Below are positions 42,701-57,899 of a DNA stretch of 64,000 nt, piece by piece (positions within the stretch are counted from its first letter, which is position 1; each line of letters starts with the position of its first letter). Where the stretch lies: the NCBI RefSeq assembly GCF_009914755.1, contig NC_060926.1, one strand, 5' to 3'. The position numbers and the translations under genes are program-made. A model generated the notes under the pieces. It had not been told where the DNA came from, did no database searches, and saw only the letters and a list, made by a program, of their open reading frames with translations. Source of the stretch: the human T2T-CHM13v2.0 reference genome, Homo sapiens.

Positions 42701-44805
42701 GACAGCCCCTCTCCGTCAGAGCTCTCCAGAGCAGCCTGGGCCTTCCTAGGATGTTCCTGCTCCCTTCTGCCTGCCACTCTGCTCAGCGTCCGAGGAGCTA
42801 CCTGGCTCTATCTGCCCCACACCTTGCTGCATGGCCTTGGTGAGGCTCTGAATTCCACCCTGGCTGCTGACTTGTGCCCTTCTAATGCTGACATCTCACA
42901 TCTTTGAGGCTTCCAGGCTGATGTTTTTCCAGATCTTTCTCTCTAAGACTAAGATTCCTTTTTTTTCTCCCAGACTTGAAACATTTCTGAGTAATACAAC
43001 TCTCCCAGATTGCTCAACTCCCAGAAACTCCTATCTGCAAACTGTGCTTGGTTCTAGTTTCAAGAAGGGCAGCAGCATATTGGAATTTTTGATCAATGAT
43101 ATATGGGCAGTTACCCTAATATGTATTTCCCCCAGGTTAGATAGATATGAGGACAGCCACTGCTCCTCTGCCTTGGGGACAAAGGAGTTATCATTTTGCT
43201 GGAACTCTAAGAACACCGTGTAATATTCTTATGGAGAAAAGCAGCCATCAATTAAATATCAGCTGTCAAATGGGGAAGAGCTGTGGCCCCATAGGGAACA
43301 ACGGACTTTTTGATTGCTGGTATCCCCAAGGGAATCCACTTCCTCAGAAAATGAGTTCTGTCTGAGATAAATGTGCTTATTTACACCAGCTTCTAGACTG
43401 GCTGAGGTCGGCCCAGGGCCTGCAGCCAGGTATCTGAGCAATGGAGAGAGCTCCAGAGTGCAGCTTCTTGCCGACTTGGGGATTTATAGGCTTCCTGACA
43501 GGCAGAGCAGCCTCAGTTTCGAGGCTAGAAGCGGGGAGCCAGGGGGTTGGCCAAGGTTTTCTCAGAGGCTTTGCAAGAAGCTGAGCCCTTGTTGGAAATG
43601 CCTTTGAAGCCCAGGGGTGTCATCTTCCATCTCCTCTGGAGTCAGAGCCACAGCAGCAGGGCATTTTCGGGGGGAGTTGGGGAGAGTGGGAGAAGGGCAT
43701 GTAGGCAGCGGGTAGGGGAGCAGAACGTGGAAAGAAAGCATTATTTCCAAACGGTCATCTCTCTCTTTTTTCTGCTTTCCAGTGGCCCAAATGATCACTC
43801 TGTGTTTAAGACAATCTGGTCTTTTAAAAAAAAATGAAGAAAGGAAAAGATGTTTTTCCAGGTCTAATTATAAGAGTCATAAGGCTGGAAAGATTTGGAG
43901 AAAACATCTGTCTCTCGGCTCTGCCTCCACTAGGTACACACCTAAGCCAAGGGGGAGGTGTTTTTCTATGACTAACCGGCTGGCGGACTCCTTGGGTCTC
44001 AGGGCACTCCCACCCTCAATCCATCCACAGTCCCATCGCTGGAGTTAAAGTCCACTTCTTCCTTTTAATCCTCATGGGAACTGGAAAGTGGCCAAGAGCC
44101 TGGAAGAGCCAGTGATTTGGGTCCTCCTGGAATGTTACGGAAAGCAGGTTGGGGGTCTCTGTCTGTCACCCCAGGGCACCTAGTCTTTAAAACCTGTGCT
44201 GCCCCAAGAAAGGGCAAGTCTCAGAGCCAGGGCTGCCCAAAGGTCTTCTGTCCCCAGCAGGAGTGGACTGAATAGCGTGCCCCTGGGAGGTTTGTCTTCC
44301 TAAGTAGATCCAATCGGTCTTCTTGTTCTGATGAAGTAAAACAGAGTGGATATCCCTTGAGTTAGTGCTGGTGGGAGGAAGTTTGGGGATGGAGAAAGAG
44401 TCTCATTCTCTCCCCCACCTGTCAAAACTACAAATCTCCAATTCTCTAAGGTGAGGTGGGGGTCGGGGAGGGAACAGGCAGGTGTCTGGCAGGAGTGGCT
44501 GGCCTCCAAGGGTCCCTCCAGCTCTGACTAGCTTTGTGCTCTAAGCCAGGCTCTGGTAGGACCCCTGTTCCCTTGCTGCAAGCCTCTCCTTGCTCCCACG
44601 GCTGTTCACGGCCCTGACTGCTCAAGATGACATTTTCTAAACACTGGAGACAGAGATAAGAAGCAGACGGGGAGGGAGAAAGCCCGAGAACTGGAGCTGA
44701 GCCCAGAGAGGAAAGTGGGCTCCTTGCTGAGAGCAGGCGGAGGCATGCAGACCCTGCCGCCAATGAACACGCAGGCAGGGACCTCTCGCCATTGCTTTGA
44801 CACAG

Positions 44806-44815
44806 TGCTGAGTCA
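44806..44815 (+). promoter_or_regulatory. NRF2/NF-E2-MAF (ARE/MARE) motif
   Basis: TGCTGAGTCA; motif only. Confidence 0.3.
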
Positions 44816-46234
44816 GGGTCCAACGCCACCACTAGAGCCTGACCCCTTGGTCCAGCCGGTTGTTCACTGGTCAAAACACATGCTCCCTGAGCAGCCTCCT
44901 TGCAGGCACCACCCCACCCTCTGAGGACTCCTTCATTTATACCCAGAAAGGCAGAATGGGATGGAGCTTCATGAAGTGCTGTTCACTGCTATGCCCTGGT
45001 CCCTAGATGAGGTCTGACACGTGGCTTTGTGGCACTAGGTAAATATCTATAGAAAAAATAACTTGCTGTATTAGTCTTCCTGGAATGAGCTGGCATTTGA
45101 GCTGGGACCAGTTTCCTGGAGAAGGGATTTCAGGAAAAGCAACCAGGTATCCCTCAAAGCAAACACAGAGAGGCTTGATTAGGTACAGATGGCTTGCATG
45201 GGGGAATTTGGGTGAGCTGTGCTCTTAAACCTGTCTGGGTGTTTTCGGGGAAGCCATATAACAGTAACAACAACAATAAAACCAGCGCTACCTTTATGCA
45301 GAGAGGGAGGGGCTCTTCTGACAGGGCCTCCTGAGAGTGGTCTCAAGGTCACTTCCGGGCTTCCTTGGATCCCTGAAAAAGAACCAGACCAGCCTGGCCT
45401 GCTTCTCTGCATCCCAGGGTCCCCAGAAAAGTGAGGGCTGTTTGGGGGTCCTGGGTCAGATCCTCATCCAACTCCTACCCCCTTGAACTCCCACCTCCAA
45501 AGGCAATCTAATAGCTCCTGCTGGGATCTCAAGCTCCAAGGGAGACCTTCATACCACGCACATTCTGGGACAATCTTTGGTTCTCCTCTCAGCCTGGACA
45601 AGCAGTGAAATACAGCATCCAGCCACTGCCTGGCTCAGTCAGCCATGCTATCTTGGGACAGAAACCTTGACAGGAATCCCAGCTCTAGCCAAGGAAAACA
45701 TGAGTCAGGCCTGGCTAAGCCAGGTGGCTTCCCTCTCTCCACCTTCCATCCCCACACCCCCAACTCCACAGCCAATGAGCTGTTTGGGTAACCCCAAGAC
45801 CCCACTCCCACACAGCCTACGGCCAGCAAAGGCATGCAGGCAGGATTCTAGAACCTTGGCCCGGCTTTGGGTTGCTGCCTTTGAAAGTGTAGCAGGTGTG
45901 GGGCTCTAGCTCCGGCCCTCCTCAAAGGAGACAGGAGCATTCCCTGTGTCTTTCCGGCCTTCCACCTACCCTGGCCTTCTCTGCACAGGGTTCCCTTTTG
46001 GGGCACTGTGATTGTTCTCAAAGGCAGAGCCCACCCTGGCCAGGAGTGGCACAAGATTCTTATCCCACTTGTAGTAGAAGACTTTTCCTGATTCCTCTTC
46101 CCAGCCTATCCAGGGGCTTCCGTTCTCCTGCCGGTCTCACCTCAGGCTGAAATGTTGATATTTCCTCGTGTCTGGGGACACTGCTGCTGGACTTTGTGGA
46201 AAAACCTTTCCTGCCTTTGTGTGGCTTCTGTTTT

Positions 46235-46548
46235 GTTTGTTTGTTTATGTATTTATGTATTTATTTATTTTGAAACATAGTCTCACTCTGTCACCCAGGC
46301 TGGAGTGCAGTGGCGTGATCTCAGCTCACTGTAGCCTCCGCCTTTGGGTTGAAGCCGTTCTCCTGCCTCAGCCTCCCGAGTAGCTTGGGTTACAGGTACC
46401 CGCCACCACGCCCAGCTAATTTTTGTATTTATAGTAGAAATGGGGTTTCACCATGTTGGCCAGGCTGGTCTTGAACTCCTGACCTCAAGTGATCCACCCA
46501 CCTCGGCCTGGGTGCTGGGATTACAGGCGTGAGCCACCGTGCCTGGCC
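46235..46548 (-). mobile_element. AluSx-like SINE
   Basis: TSD ggcttctgtttt at 46223-46234 and 46551-46562, with TTTT/AA nick site. Confidence 0.95.
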
Positions 46549-46653
46549 AGGGCTTCTGTTTTAAAAGCTTCTCCACTCTCTCTTCTCCAGAGGAAGAGGT
46601 GCAGGGTCTCACACACAGGGACCTCAGAGTCCCTTGTTTTGTACACTGTAGAA

Positions 46654-46890
46654 CAGCGTTGTCTAATAGAAATATACAGCAAGCCATAAATAAGTCACCC
46701 ATGCAACCTAGTGTTTTCTAATCACCATATTTTGTAAGAAGTAAAAAAAAAAAAGTGAGATTCATTTTAATACTATATTTTATTTAATCCAATATATTTG
46801 TATTAACCCAAATGAATATTATCAAATCAATCATTTAATTCACATAAAAAATTACTAATGAGAAATTTCACATTGTTTTTCCATACTAAG
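46654..46890 (+). mobile_element. MER33 hAT MITE, 5' part
   Basis: cagcgttgtctaatagaaatata...ttactaatgagaaatttcacatt...atactaagt. Confidence 0.75.
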
Positions 46891-46991
46891 TATATTGCTT
46901 CCTAGGGCTGCTGTAATTATCACAAACTGGGTGGCTTTAAACAACAGACATGTATTGTCCCGCAGTTCTGGAGGCCAAAAGTCAGAAATCA

Positions 46992-47840
<849 letters not shown>

Positions 47841-48260
47841 GGAAGCACCCCTCCGTGCCTCCTCCCAGCTTGGGTTGGTGCTGGCAATCCCTGGCTTTCC
47901 TTGGCTTGTAGCTGCATCATTCCCACCTCTGCCTTCATCACCACATGGCCTTCCTCCTCCCGCGTGTGTGTCTGTGTCTTTACATGGACTTAGAGAACGG
48001 TCATTGGATTTATAACCAGCCAAACCCAGTAAAATCTTATCTAATTACATCTGCAAAGACCCTATTTCCAAATAAAGTCACATGCTGAAGTTCCAGGTGG
48101 ACAAGAGTTTTAGAGGGGCACTATTCGCCCAGTACAATGTTGGGGGCAGTGACCACTCACCCACCTGATATTTGGCTCCCAAGATCCTGTTCCTGTCGGC
48201 TGTTTTCTTTGTTGTCTTTGTTCTTTATTTTCATTCTGGCAGGCCTTGGGGTAGGATCAA

Positions 48261-48508
48261 AGGTAAAAAGAAGCAGGTGAGATTAATTTTAATAATATTG
48301 TTTATTTGACCCAATATATCCACAATATTATTTCAATGTGCAATCAGTACAGAGAATTATTAATGAGATATTCTTCATTTTTTTTCACATCAAGTCTTCA
48401 GAATTTTATATGTATTTCACATGTACACCACATGCCAGTTTAGACTGACCACATTTCAAGTGCTCGACAACCACATGGGGCCAGTGGCCACCATATTGGA
48501 CAGCACAG
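48261..48508 (+). mobile_element. MER33 hAT MITE, middle and 3' part
   Basis: ccacatttcaagtgctc...ccagtggccaccatattggacagcacag. Confidence 0.85.
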
Positions 48509-48718
48509 CTCAGGAAGTTAAAAGAAAGGGGTGAGGCTTCTGACAAAGCCAAGGACCCCTCTGGGGAGGCCGGTGGATCCCAAGGAATGGTATTCACCTG
48601 ATGGCCTCACCCCCTCTAGGTTCTCTCCTGATTATATTTCATCCGTGAGAGGTGGTCTCACGGTGATGAAGGGAGGAATTCATGCAACATTAGCTCACAC
48701 TGTATCAAACCAGAAGGA

Positions 48719-49097
48719 TGATACGGTTTGGCTGTGTCCCCACCCAAATCTCATCTTTAATTGTAACTTCCACAATTCCCGTGTGTTGCGGGAGGAACCT
48801 GGTAGGAGGTGATTGAATTATGGGGGCCGTTCTTTCCTGCCCTGTTCTCATGATAGTGAATGAATCTCACAAGATCTGATGGTTTTTAAAATGGGAGTTT
48901 CCCTGCACAAGCTCTCTTTGCCTGCTGCAATCCACATAAGATGTGACTTGCTCCTCCTTGCCTTCCACCATGATTGTGAGGCTTCCCCAGCTACGTGGAA
49001 CTGTAAGTCCATTAAACCTCTTTCCTTTGTGAATTTCCTTTGTGAATACCCATTCTTGGGTATTTCTTTATCAGCAGTGTGAAAACGGACTAATACA
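48719..49097 (+). mobile_element. THE1 (THE1B-like) MaLR solo LTR
   Basis: tgatacggtttggctgtgtccccacccaaatctcatc...cagcagtgtgaaaacggactaataca. Confidence 0.93.
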
Positions 49098-49990
49098 GTG
49101 GCTTTGTTCATTCACAGGAAAAGTGGTGAGCAGCTGGCTGCTCTCTCGTCCCTACATGCAGTCCCTCCCTTTCCTGTAGGCACAATGCTTAAGGAGCCAG
49201 GCCTGGGCTTCTGGGCTCAGAACCAGAGCCTTTCCTTACTGAGTGCAAATGATTGAAAATCTCAGGCTACAAAAGTGGGAGGCATGCACCTCCCCAACAG
49301 AGACATGCCATTGCCAGTGGGGACACTGGAATCCCTTTCCCCAGGCAGTGTGGGATGGGTGTGGCCGTGTGCCTAGGACTGGCTCTTTTCTACTTCTCTG
49401 CTGCAGACCTGACCCCTTCTGACTGGCATCTTTTCCTTTAGATACGCAGGTCTCACTGGCCTGGGCCCCATTCTGTCTCTTTTTAGCATGGCTTGGCCTT
49501 TGTCTGCTTTGATTTCTATGTGTCAATTTTATGGTCAAACTCCCAAAAAGCAACCTCATTCCTCTAGGGAATGGGCTCCCTCAGTTTGCTCCCTTGAAAT
49601 ACCTGCGATTCTTTATTCTCCTGAACCCTGCTCTACAACCTCTGTATTTTTCTGAGAAAAATCAGAAATAACCAGAACCCAGACCTGGAAGCTAGACCCC
49701 AGACATAGGTCATCCACCTCTCGGGCTCTGGGGCCTGCTCAGGATGTGCATGCTGGGGAGTGGAGCACCCTCTCCATGGGCTGGCCTGTCCTCAGGCCCC
49801 ACAACAGACAGTGGTCCTGAGCCGGGACAGCAGGATGACAAAGGCTCACATTTGCACTCTGGAGCAAAAACATCACCGGATGGAAATTGAAGTAGAGAGA
49901 AAAAGAATGAGTATAGGGGATGAGGAATCTCTGATGTTAACTCAGGGGTACCATCAGTCCCCTAAAGCTGCAAATAATGTGAATCAATCC

Positions 49991-50012
49991 CTCTCTCTCT
50001 CTCTGTCTCTCA

Positions 50013-50067
<55 letters not shown>
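49991..50067. repeat. Compound (CT)n(CA)n microsatellite with a long perfect CA run
   Basis: Direct inspection; likely polymorphic. Confidence 0.97.
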
Positions 50068-50069
<2 letters not shown>

Positions 50070-50561
50070 ATCTTGAGAGCCTTCCAATTTTTTTCTGCAA
50101 TGCACGGACCTCACAAAAAAATGACTCAGCCTTACATAAGAGACGGGAATTTGAGGGGGACCAGGAGTGTGATGACTCATTGCCTTGAAATTTCCAGTGG
50201 GATACACATGTTTTCTTAGATGATTTTTTAAACATTTATCTTTAATGATTGTCCAAAATAAATGGTTGGGGAGGCAGAATGGAGTGAGAATCCCACGTCA
50301 GGGCAGGAAAGAATAGTCATGATGAAGAGGAGGGGGCAGGAGGCTGAGGACAGGGCCCTTTCAGGTCAGGTCTCAGAATGTTCTGGTGAGAATCCAGAAC
50401 TCTCCTCCCAGGACCTCAGGGCATTTCAGGAACTGTAATAATACAATCACTTCGTATAGCAAGAATCAGCCCCTGAGGTCTCCAGGAAGTACCTTGATTT
50501 GAAAGAGCTGTGACCAACCTCAGTGGCATGTCCAACTACCACGCTGCAGAAGTCTGTGAGG

Positions 50562-50732
50562 CCGTGGTCCTCAGCCCTTTGCACAGATTAAAACCCCAAT
50601 CCCAGCCGCACCCCAGACCAATCAATCAGGATCTCTGGAGATGGGGCCCAGGCATCTATATATATGTATATATATATATTTTTTTAATTCCTCAGATGAT
50701 TCCAATGTACAGCCAATGATGAGCAGCTGCTG
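50562..50732. mobile_element. MER5-type MITE containing a short (TA)n
   Basis: ccccagaccaatcaatcaggatctctgg...ggcccaggcatc...cagatgattccaatgtacagcca. Confidence 0.75.
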
Positions 50733-51970
50733 GGCTGAAGGGACTGGGGCCATTTTATACCAGGTGAGTAATTCAAGGTGTTGATGTCACCCTGCTCCTT
50801 AGAGGACTATTAGCCAATCCCTTGAGTTTCAGATACAACCAGTTATCCCTCTCCAGGGAGCTTGAAATTTTTTTCTCCCTTTTCTGTTATTGGCAAAAAG
50901 CAAATCCCTGCATGGAAGCCTGGTGTCTACATAGAGCTGACAAGGGGGCAGCTTGGGGAAGGTGGGCTAGGCTTTGGGAGCGAGTGGGCCCCTCCAAGGA
51001 GAAGGCCCTTGGATTCATCTACAGGAAGCCCAGAGTTCTCTGACACCAACCCAACTCTCCCACACCATGCCCTGCCTAGAGGCCCAAGGACTCCAGCAGG
51101 ATCGTACCAGTGATCCACTGTCAGGGCAGTCCAGCCTATGCCATCCATGGCTCCGCTGGCAACAGGATAAAGTCAAGGGCTTCATGCTGGCACTTAAGGT
51201 TATACCCAATCTTCCTTCAACTTTCCTCTCTCCCCAATGCACATGGACCCTGCCCCACCAGGCTGCCCCCCTCCCTGCCCCAAATGCCCAGCAGGTTCCT
51301 ACTTTCAGACTTTAGTCACACCCAACATTCTCTGGTTTACCAATGTACAAAGGTCTTCATGCATCTCCTGTGGAATGCAAATCCCCCTGGCAAGAAAACC
51401 CTCGTGTCAGCCCATACCTCGGGGGGATCTACTGGAGACTGGGTGGAGGTGCAGAGAACAGGTCCTGGGCCCCAAGGGGAGGTGAGAGAAGGAGGCTGAA
51501 AGCATCCTGGACACAATTCATCCCCGCGGCCTCAGCCTCACCCCCAGACTCCTGGAGCCTGGGCCTGACTTCTGTGTGTGGCCGCTTGATGCCTGGCACT
51601 ACCTGTCCCATTACCTGCTGACCTCCACAGGCACGTTCTGCCCTCCTCACCTTTGTGTGAGAACTTAGCCTCCCCTCCAAGAGCTGCCGAAAGGGGGCTG
51701 GTAACTGGGCCATATCTGTCCACACTGTCACATACTGACTTTATGTCTGAAGGAAGGGGGTTTCATCTCCCTGAGTCTCCACTTCTTCCACTATAAAACA
51801 GAAAAACAGAATTGTAAAAGCACTAGCCGCAGAGATTTGCAGGATGAGGGTGGCCTCATTAATCCAACACTCTAGTTAACTCTCATATCTATGTCAACAA
51901 TTTTCAAAGGATTATTATAAAGCAAGGACCATCTTTGATAATCGTGATCAAAGATTTCTAGGATCTTAGG

Positions 51971-52795
<825 letters not shown>

Positions 52796-54788
52796 CCTTT
52801 GTCAGGCTCAACACAACAAGGGTTTTCATTGCTCACTGTCTTGTTACATGAGTTGTAGGATGTTACACAGAAATGCCTGAAAAGCAAGGAGCAGCTATCA
52901 GAATGTTTGGTGACACAGCTCCTCCTGTCGTGGTTCCTTCGGCATGGACTTCACATTCAGCAGATCCATGAGGTGTTCCCTTTCGGATGAGCTCCAAGGT
53001 CTTAAGAGAGCATCTCTAGTCTGCGTGAGTCCGTCTGAACGACGGTCCTGAGCAAGAACCACCTATAACCATCTGCTCAAAATAACTCAGGGGAAGTCAA
53101 AGCTTTCTATGTGGAAGGTGACTGAAACCACATACACAGACCACTGCAGCATTCCTGACATTATGGAACTTGGAAATGATTCCAAACATGGCCATAGCTT
53201 GAGTAACATGTTTTGCTATGACAAGAACTTGGACTGTAGTCCTTCCCCCTCTCAAGAATGTGACATCACACCTTATCAGATCCTACGAGTGAGCTACTGA
53301 CCTCAACCACTGAACTTCAAACTATGTAAAAACCTAAGGGTTCGACAGACACTTTGAGAGCTTGGGCTGTGGCAAGCTACACTCTGTCAGCCTCTCTTCG
53401 ACAGGGCCCCACCCTGCTAGCCTTTGAACTTGGAAGCATCGCCCACAAACACCAGTGCCACCCTCTAGCCTTGAGGGACCATATATGTCTCTGTGAATCT
53501 CCGTTGCATTGGACAGCTTCTCTCCCAAGAGCTGCTCTTATAAAAGAGACACACCACATTTTAATGAGGCTTCGCTCTCCACAGAGGCCTGCTTCCATCC
53601 TAATTGAGCAAGTAGACTTTAGTAACTTTGGAACTCACTCACCCCGTGACTAATACACCCTGTCTACCCAGCGCATTCCCTGTGAGATTTGTTCATGTTG
53701 TTCTCCCCCTCCTTAAGCATTGTGAACCTAGGAAAAATATCATCTCTGTAGGGCAATAAACCATGTGATTTGTGAAATCATACTTTGAGCATCTCCTAAT
53801 TTTAACCATACACAATGCCTGAGAACTGGGAAATGAAGAAAGGAGGAATTGGATCTAAAAATGTGTTTAACAAAGTATAAACGCCATAGATATCCAACAA
53901 CAGGGTGCCTGGACAGATAAACAGAGGCAGGCTACCTCTTCCAAATGTCATAGACTACACAATACATAGAAAGAGGGTCATGGGATTATATGAGGTAAAA
54001 AGAGGCCATAATGCGGAAGGAGGAGAATCGCTGGTTTACAAGACGGTGCAGAGTCTCCCACAGAGAGCATCTGTTTGGCCCAGTACTAGGAGGCCTCTTT
54101 GGTGTGAAATGTGAAGCCCCCAGGGAATGGCCCTGATGGGCTAAAATGTGAAGAAGGGGGATGGCTACTGAATTAAAAGAAGTAGCAGGAATTTGAGAGA
54201 CTGGGGGCTGGCAGCTGGAGGAGGCAGGAGCTGCCCAGTAGGACATCCAGGCATCGAGCAAGTGTCTGTGAAGGAGCATTCATGGAGGATTCCTCACGCC
54301 AGAGTCTTGGAGGTGCGGGACGTTGTGTTTTAGTCATTTGCTCTATTATCACATAAAGTCATGCCCCTCTTGACCTTCATGCCTTTAGTAAGTGACCAGG
54401 GCAGAATCTCCTGGCGAGGGAGAGCTGAACTGGGGGTGGCCCCCAGCCCCACCTCATGGAAATCCTCAGAGCAGCCTGGACGGCTAACATACCTGGGTGT
54501 CAGGCAGGGCCAGCAGGAAACAGCACCACTCAGAGTGGATGAGTGAGCAGAGTTACGGAGGGACCATTTTACAAAGGTATGGGTGGGCTTGGGGGAAACC
54601 AGACGCAGTGCAGTCCTCAGAGGTGGGAAAGCTCAGCACCGTTAATTCCACCTGGCTGGGGGCAGGTGGGGAAAGAGAGAAAGTGGTAGGGGCAAGGGAG
54701 CTGGGATGCTGCCTGACAAAGCTGTGACCTTCTGTCATAGGACACAGCCGGTCCTCAGTGACCCCAGAAGGAGGAAGGAGGGAGGTGA

Positions 54789-55106
54789 TGTTATGGGGCT
54801 GAATTGTTCCCCCAAAACCCATATGTGGAAGCCATAACCCCCAGTACTTCACAATGTGACTGTGTTTGAAAATGGAGCTTAGACAGAAATGAATAAGTTA
54901 AAAATTGAGGCCCTCATCCAATCTGACTGGTGTCATTGGAAGAAGAGGTAATCCAGACATACTAAGAGACACCAGGGTCACACACACAGAGAGGAGAGAC
55001 TGTGTGAGGACACAGGGAGAAGGCGGAACTGAAAGGAATCCATTTCTGTTGTTTAAGGCCCTGAGCCTGCGGTCCACTGTTATGGCAGCCCTAGCAAGCA
55101 GATACA
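54789..55106 (+). mobile_element. MLT1B-like LTR nested in an older ERVL LTR (LTR33-like, ~54550-55280)
   Basis: tgttatggggctgaattgt...tgttatggcagccctagcaagcagataca; flank ctggccaaaccccaccaaggccagagggcagggg. Confidence 0.75.
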
Positions 55107-57899
55107 ATGAATCCCCAAACCTCCTTCCTTCCTCCTTATTGCCTCTGGCTGGGGCTCCCTACTGGCCAAACCCCACCAAGGCCAGAGGGCAGGGGTGTGA
55201 GTGGGTACAGTCAAGACAGGCCAGCCTCCCAGGTCCAGAGCAGGGTGACGAAGGTGGAGAGTAGGCCCAGAGCAGCAGACAGGGGTGTCTGCACACCTGG
55301 GAGGGGTGTGGAGTCGAGGTAATGTATCTTCAGATGGATGACCCAGGCTCCTGACAACACCAGGTTCACAAATAGGACACAGAACAGCATGGTGAAGGCA
55401 GGCCAACATCTGGACCAAGATTGGGAGAAAAGGGAAACAATGACAATGGTTGGTAGGACTGCAGCTGATTTGTTTTCCCCAAGCTTTTATTTTATTTATT
55501 TATTTTTTTCCGATATGGTTATGTTGTTTTAGACTAAAAAGAGCCAATCCAGAGGCAGACTTTTCAGACGAAACAGCTTAATCTAGCCTGAGGGCAGGGA
55601 GGCTGTTGGGGCAGAAGGGTGGTGGACGGGGGCAGGCAGCACCCTTGAATTGCTTAAGCTCCATCAGAGAAGAGATATGCGTGTCTCCTGTGCCCTTCGC
55701 CCCTGGGTTCTCTCATGATAAAGGATAGACCAAGAGCGTGACCTTCTGGGTATGATGGGTGCTTCCCCCAGCCCCGGACTCCGTCTCAACATGGGTCCAG
55801 GCACCCAAGGCACAGCTCTGAGAGGAACAAAAGCTTGGGGAGCTGTCCTAAGTATCCCTCACCCCTCGCTTCTTCCCCAGAGTCCTGGGGAGACATCATT
55901 TGTGACATCTGTTGCCTGGTGTTCTTGCCTTAGGTTCACAGGCATGTGAGTTTCCTCTCTACTGGATGAGACCGGTGGGGCTGTGGGCTGCCTGCCCCAG
56001 CCCTTCTCCCTCTCCATCTCTGTGGCTGGAGCCCTTGCTCCGGTGCCCCAGGACTGTCCACCAGCCCATCCTCCCTGTCAGCCCCTGGCCCTCCACACCT
56101 TGGTTTTGCAGACTAGGAGGTGCTGCCTGTTCTCCTCTGTTCTCATGGGGACCGCAGGCAGGACCACATGGCGGGGGGTTCTAAAGACATACCCATCCCC
56201 CTTTCACAGGGTTGCTATGGGGACACATGCTCAGCTGCCCCCAAACCTTCTTAACCTCTGGAAATTGCTCAAATGGAAACATTAACACAGGACCACCCTC
56301 CGCACAAAGCCCATATGAGGGCGGAATGAGAGTCAGGACGGGGCTCTGAGCACAAGACATGCAGGTGTGTCTGACAGACGGGGTGGGGGCAGATAAACCT
56401 CAAAGCAACCAGGTCACCAAGTCCTGGGAGAGAGCCCAGCTTTGTGATACCCACATAGTAGCTCACAACTATGCGCCAGATCCAAATGGGCTCCTGTGCC
56501 ACTTTCTTTAACACTCCTGGCCACTCCATGAGGGACGCTGTGATCTCCACATTGTACAGACAAGAAGCCGAGTTGCAGAGTGATCGCATAAAGCCCAGGG
56601 ACACGCAGATAGTCATGGTGCAGCCAGGATTTGAACCTAGGCAGATTCCAGAGGCTGCTGTCTGAGTTGCTGGTCTGAGTTTCCTTCTAGCTAAAGGTAG
56701 CAGGGAAAGAACTTACCGCCTATAGGAAAACAAGATCTATTTTCATAAGCAACAAGAAGCCCTCATGAGGACGACAGGACTGGTAGTGTGAAGTCCAAAA
56801 GAGCTCCCTGCCTTCTCCTGGCTTAGGTCCACCTCTGTCTGCAAGCTGATGAGTCTGGCCCTGAAGCGAGCAGATCTTTCTTACCCCACTGGGGCTTAGC
56901 TGGACTCGGAGCTCCTGCAGCCCTGACCTCCCCAGGGCATCTGCGACTCCCAGATTCAGCCTAGGACTTACAGAGCTCCCTAGAAGGAATTAATTGTGGA
57001 CAGCAGTGGGGACGGTCCATTTTCAGTCTTCCTAATCTTCTCTGGGAGCTGTTTGACTTGAATTCTTTGACCTCCAGGGTTTTTACAGAAGCCTACTTGT
57101 TTAGGATGTGTTAATCAAATAAGGGATGCAAGCTGTGAGTCCTCTTGGGCAGAAATGGACTTTTTCTGACCACTGCTGCACTCCTCCCGCTCAGCATCTC
57201 AGAAGTGGACATGGGACCAAGCATCTCAGTGGTCTCAGCTGTCTGGCTTGGAGGTGGGGGGGAGAGGGAGAAGGTATAGCCCTTTAATCTTCCTCTTTTT
57301 GACACCAGAAAGTATCCCACATTAATCAGTCCCACATTAATCAGCTCCTTCCTCAGGCAAAAGCTGAGCTGGGAAAGTCCCAGATGGGGCAGTGTCCCCA
57401 TCATTCATTATTACTAAGCCAGAGATATCCAGCAGGGATCAGTGGAGTTTTCAGTCCTCATCTTATATCCAGAGAGCACAAGACATTCCAAGGCAAAACT
57501 AGATAGTGGACACTTAATAATTCATCGATTCCAACACAAGCTTGCATGTAACATATCTCATAATACCAAGTAACTCATAAAACAAGCAGTGAGAGACATT
57601 TATCGGACAAACACTTCCTCAGATCACTTCATCTGCCTGAGAGAACAGACCTGCCATAATGGGCCTTATCCAGCAAAACAGGCTGCGTGTTGGGAGGGCA
57701 AAATGGCTGTTACATGAGCCCACCCATCTTGCCATCAAAGGGATGTATTTGCACCCTGAGTGGTAGCAGGGACAGCTTGCTATGTGAAAGCTATAAGACA
57801 ATGACACCTCAGAGACCAAGCCACCCAGCTATGGGATCGTCTAGTGTGGGAGAGAGAACATACTTTTCCTACCCCTTTTTCAGTGAGGCAAGAAGCAGT

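Noticed and set aside
44300-44400. Minus-strand polypyrimidine tract plus CAG acceptor at ~44368 suggesting a lncRNA exon
   Set aside because: Isolated splice-like motifs are common; I could not pair it with a donor or other exons without transcript data.
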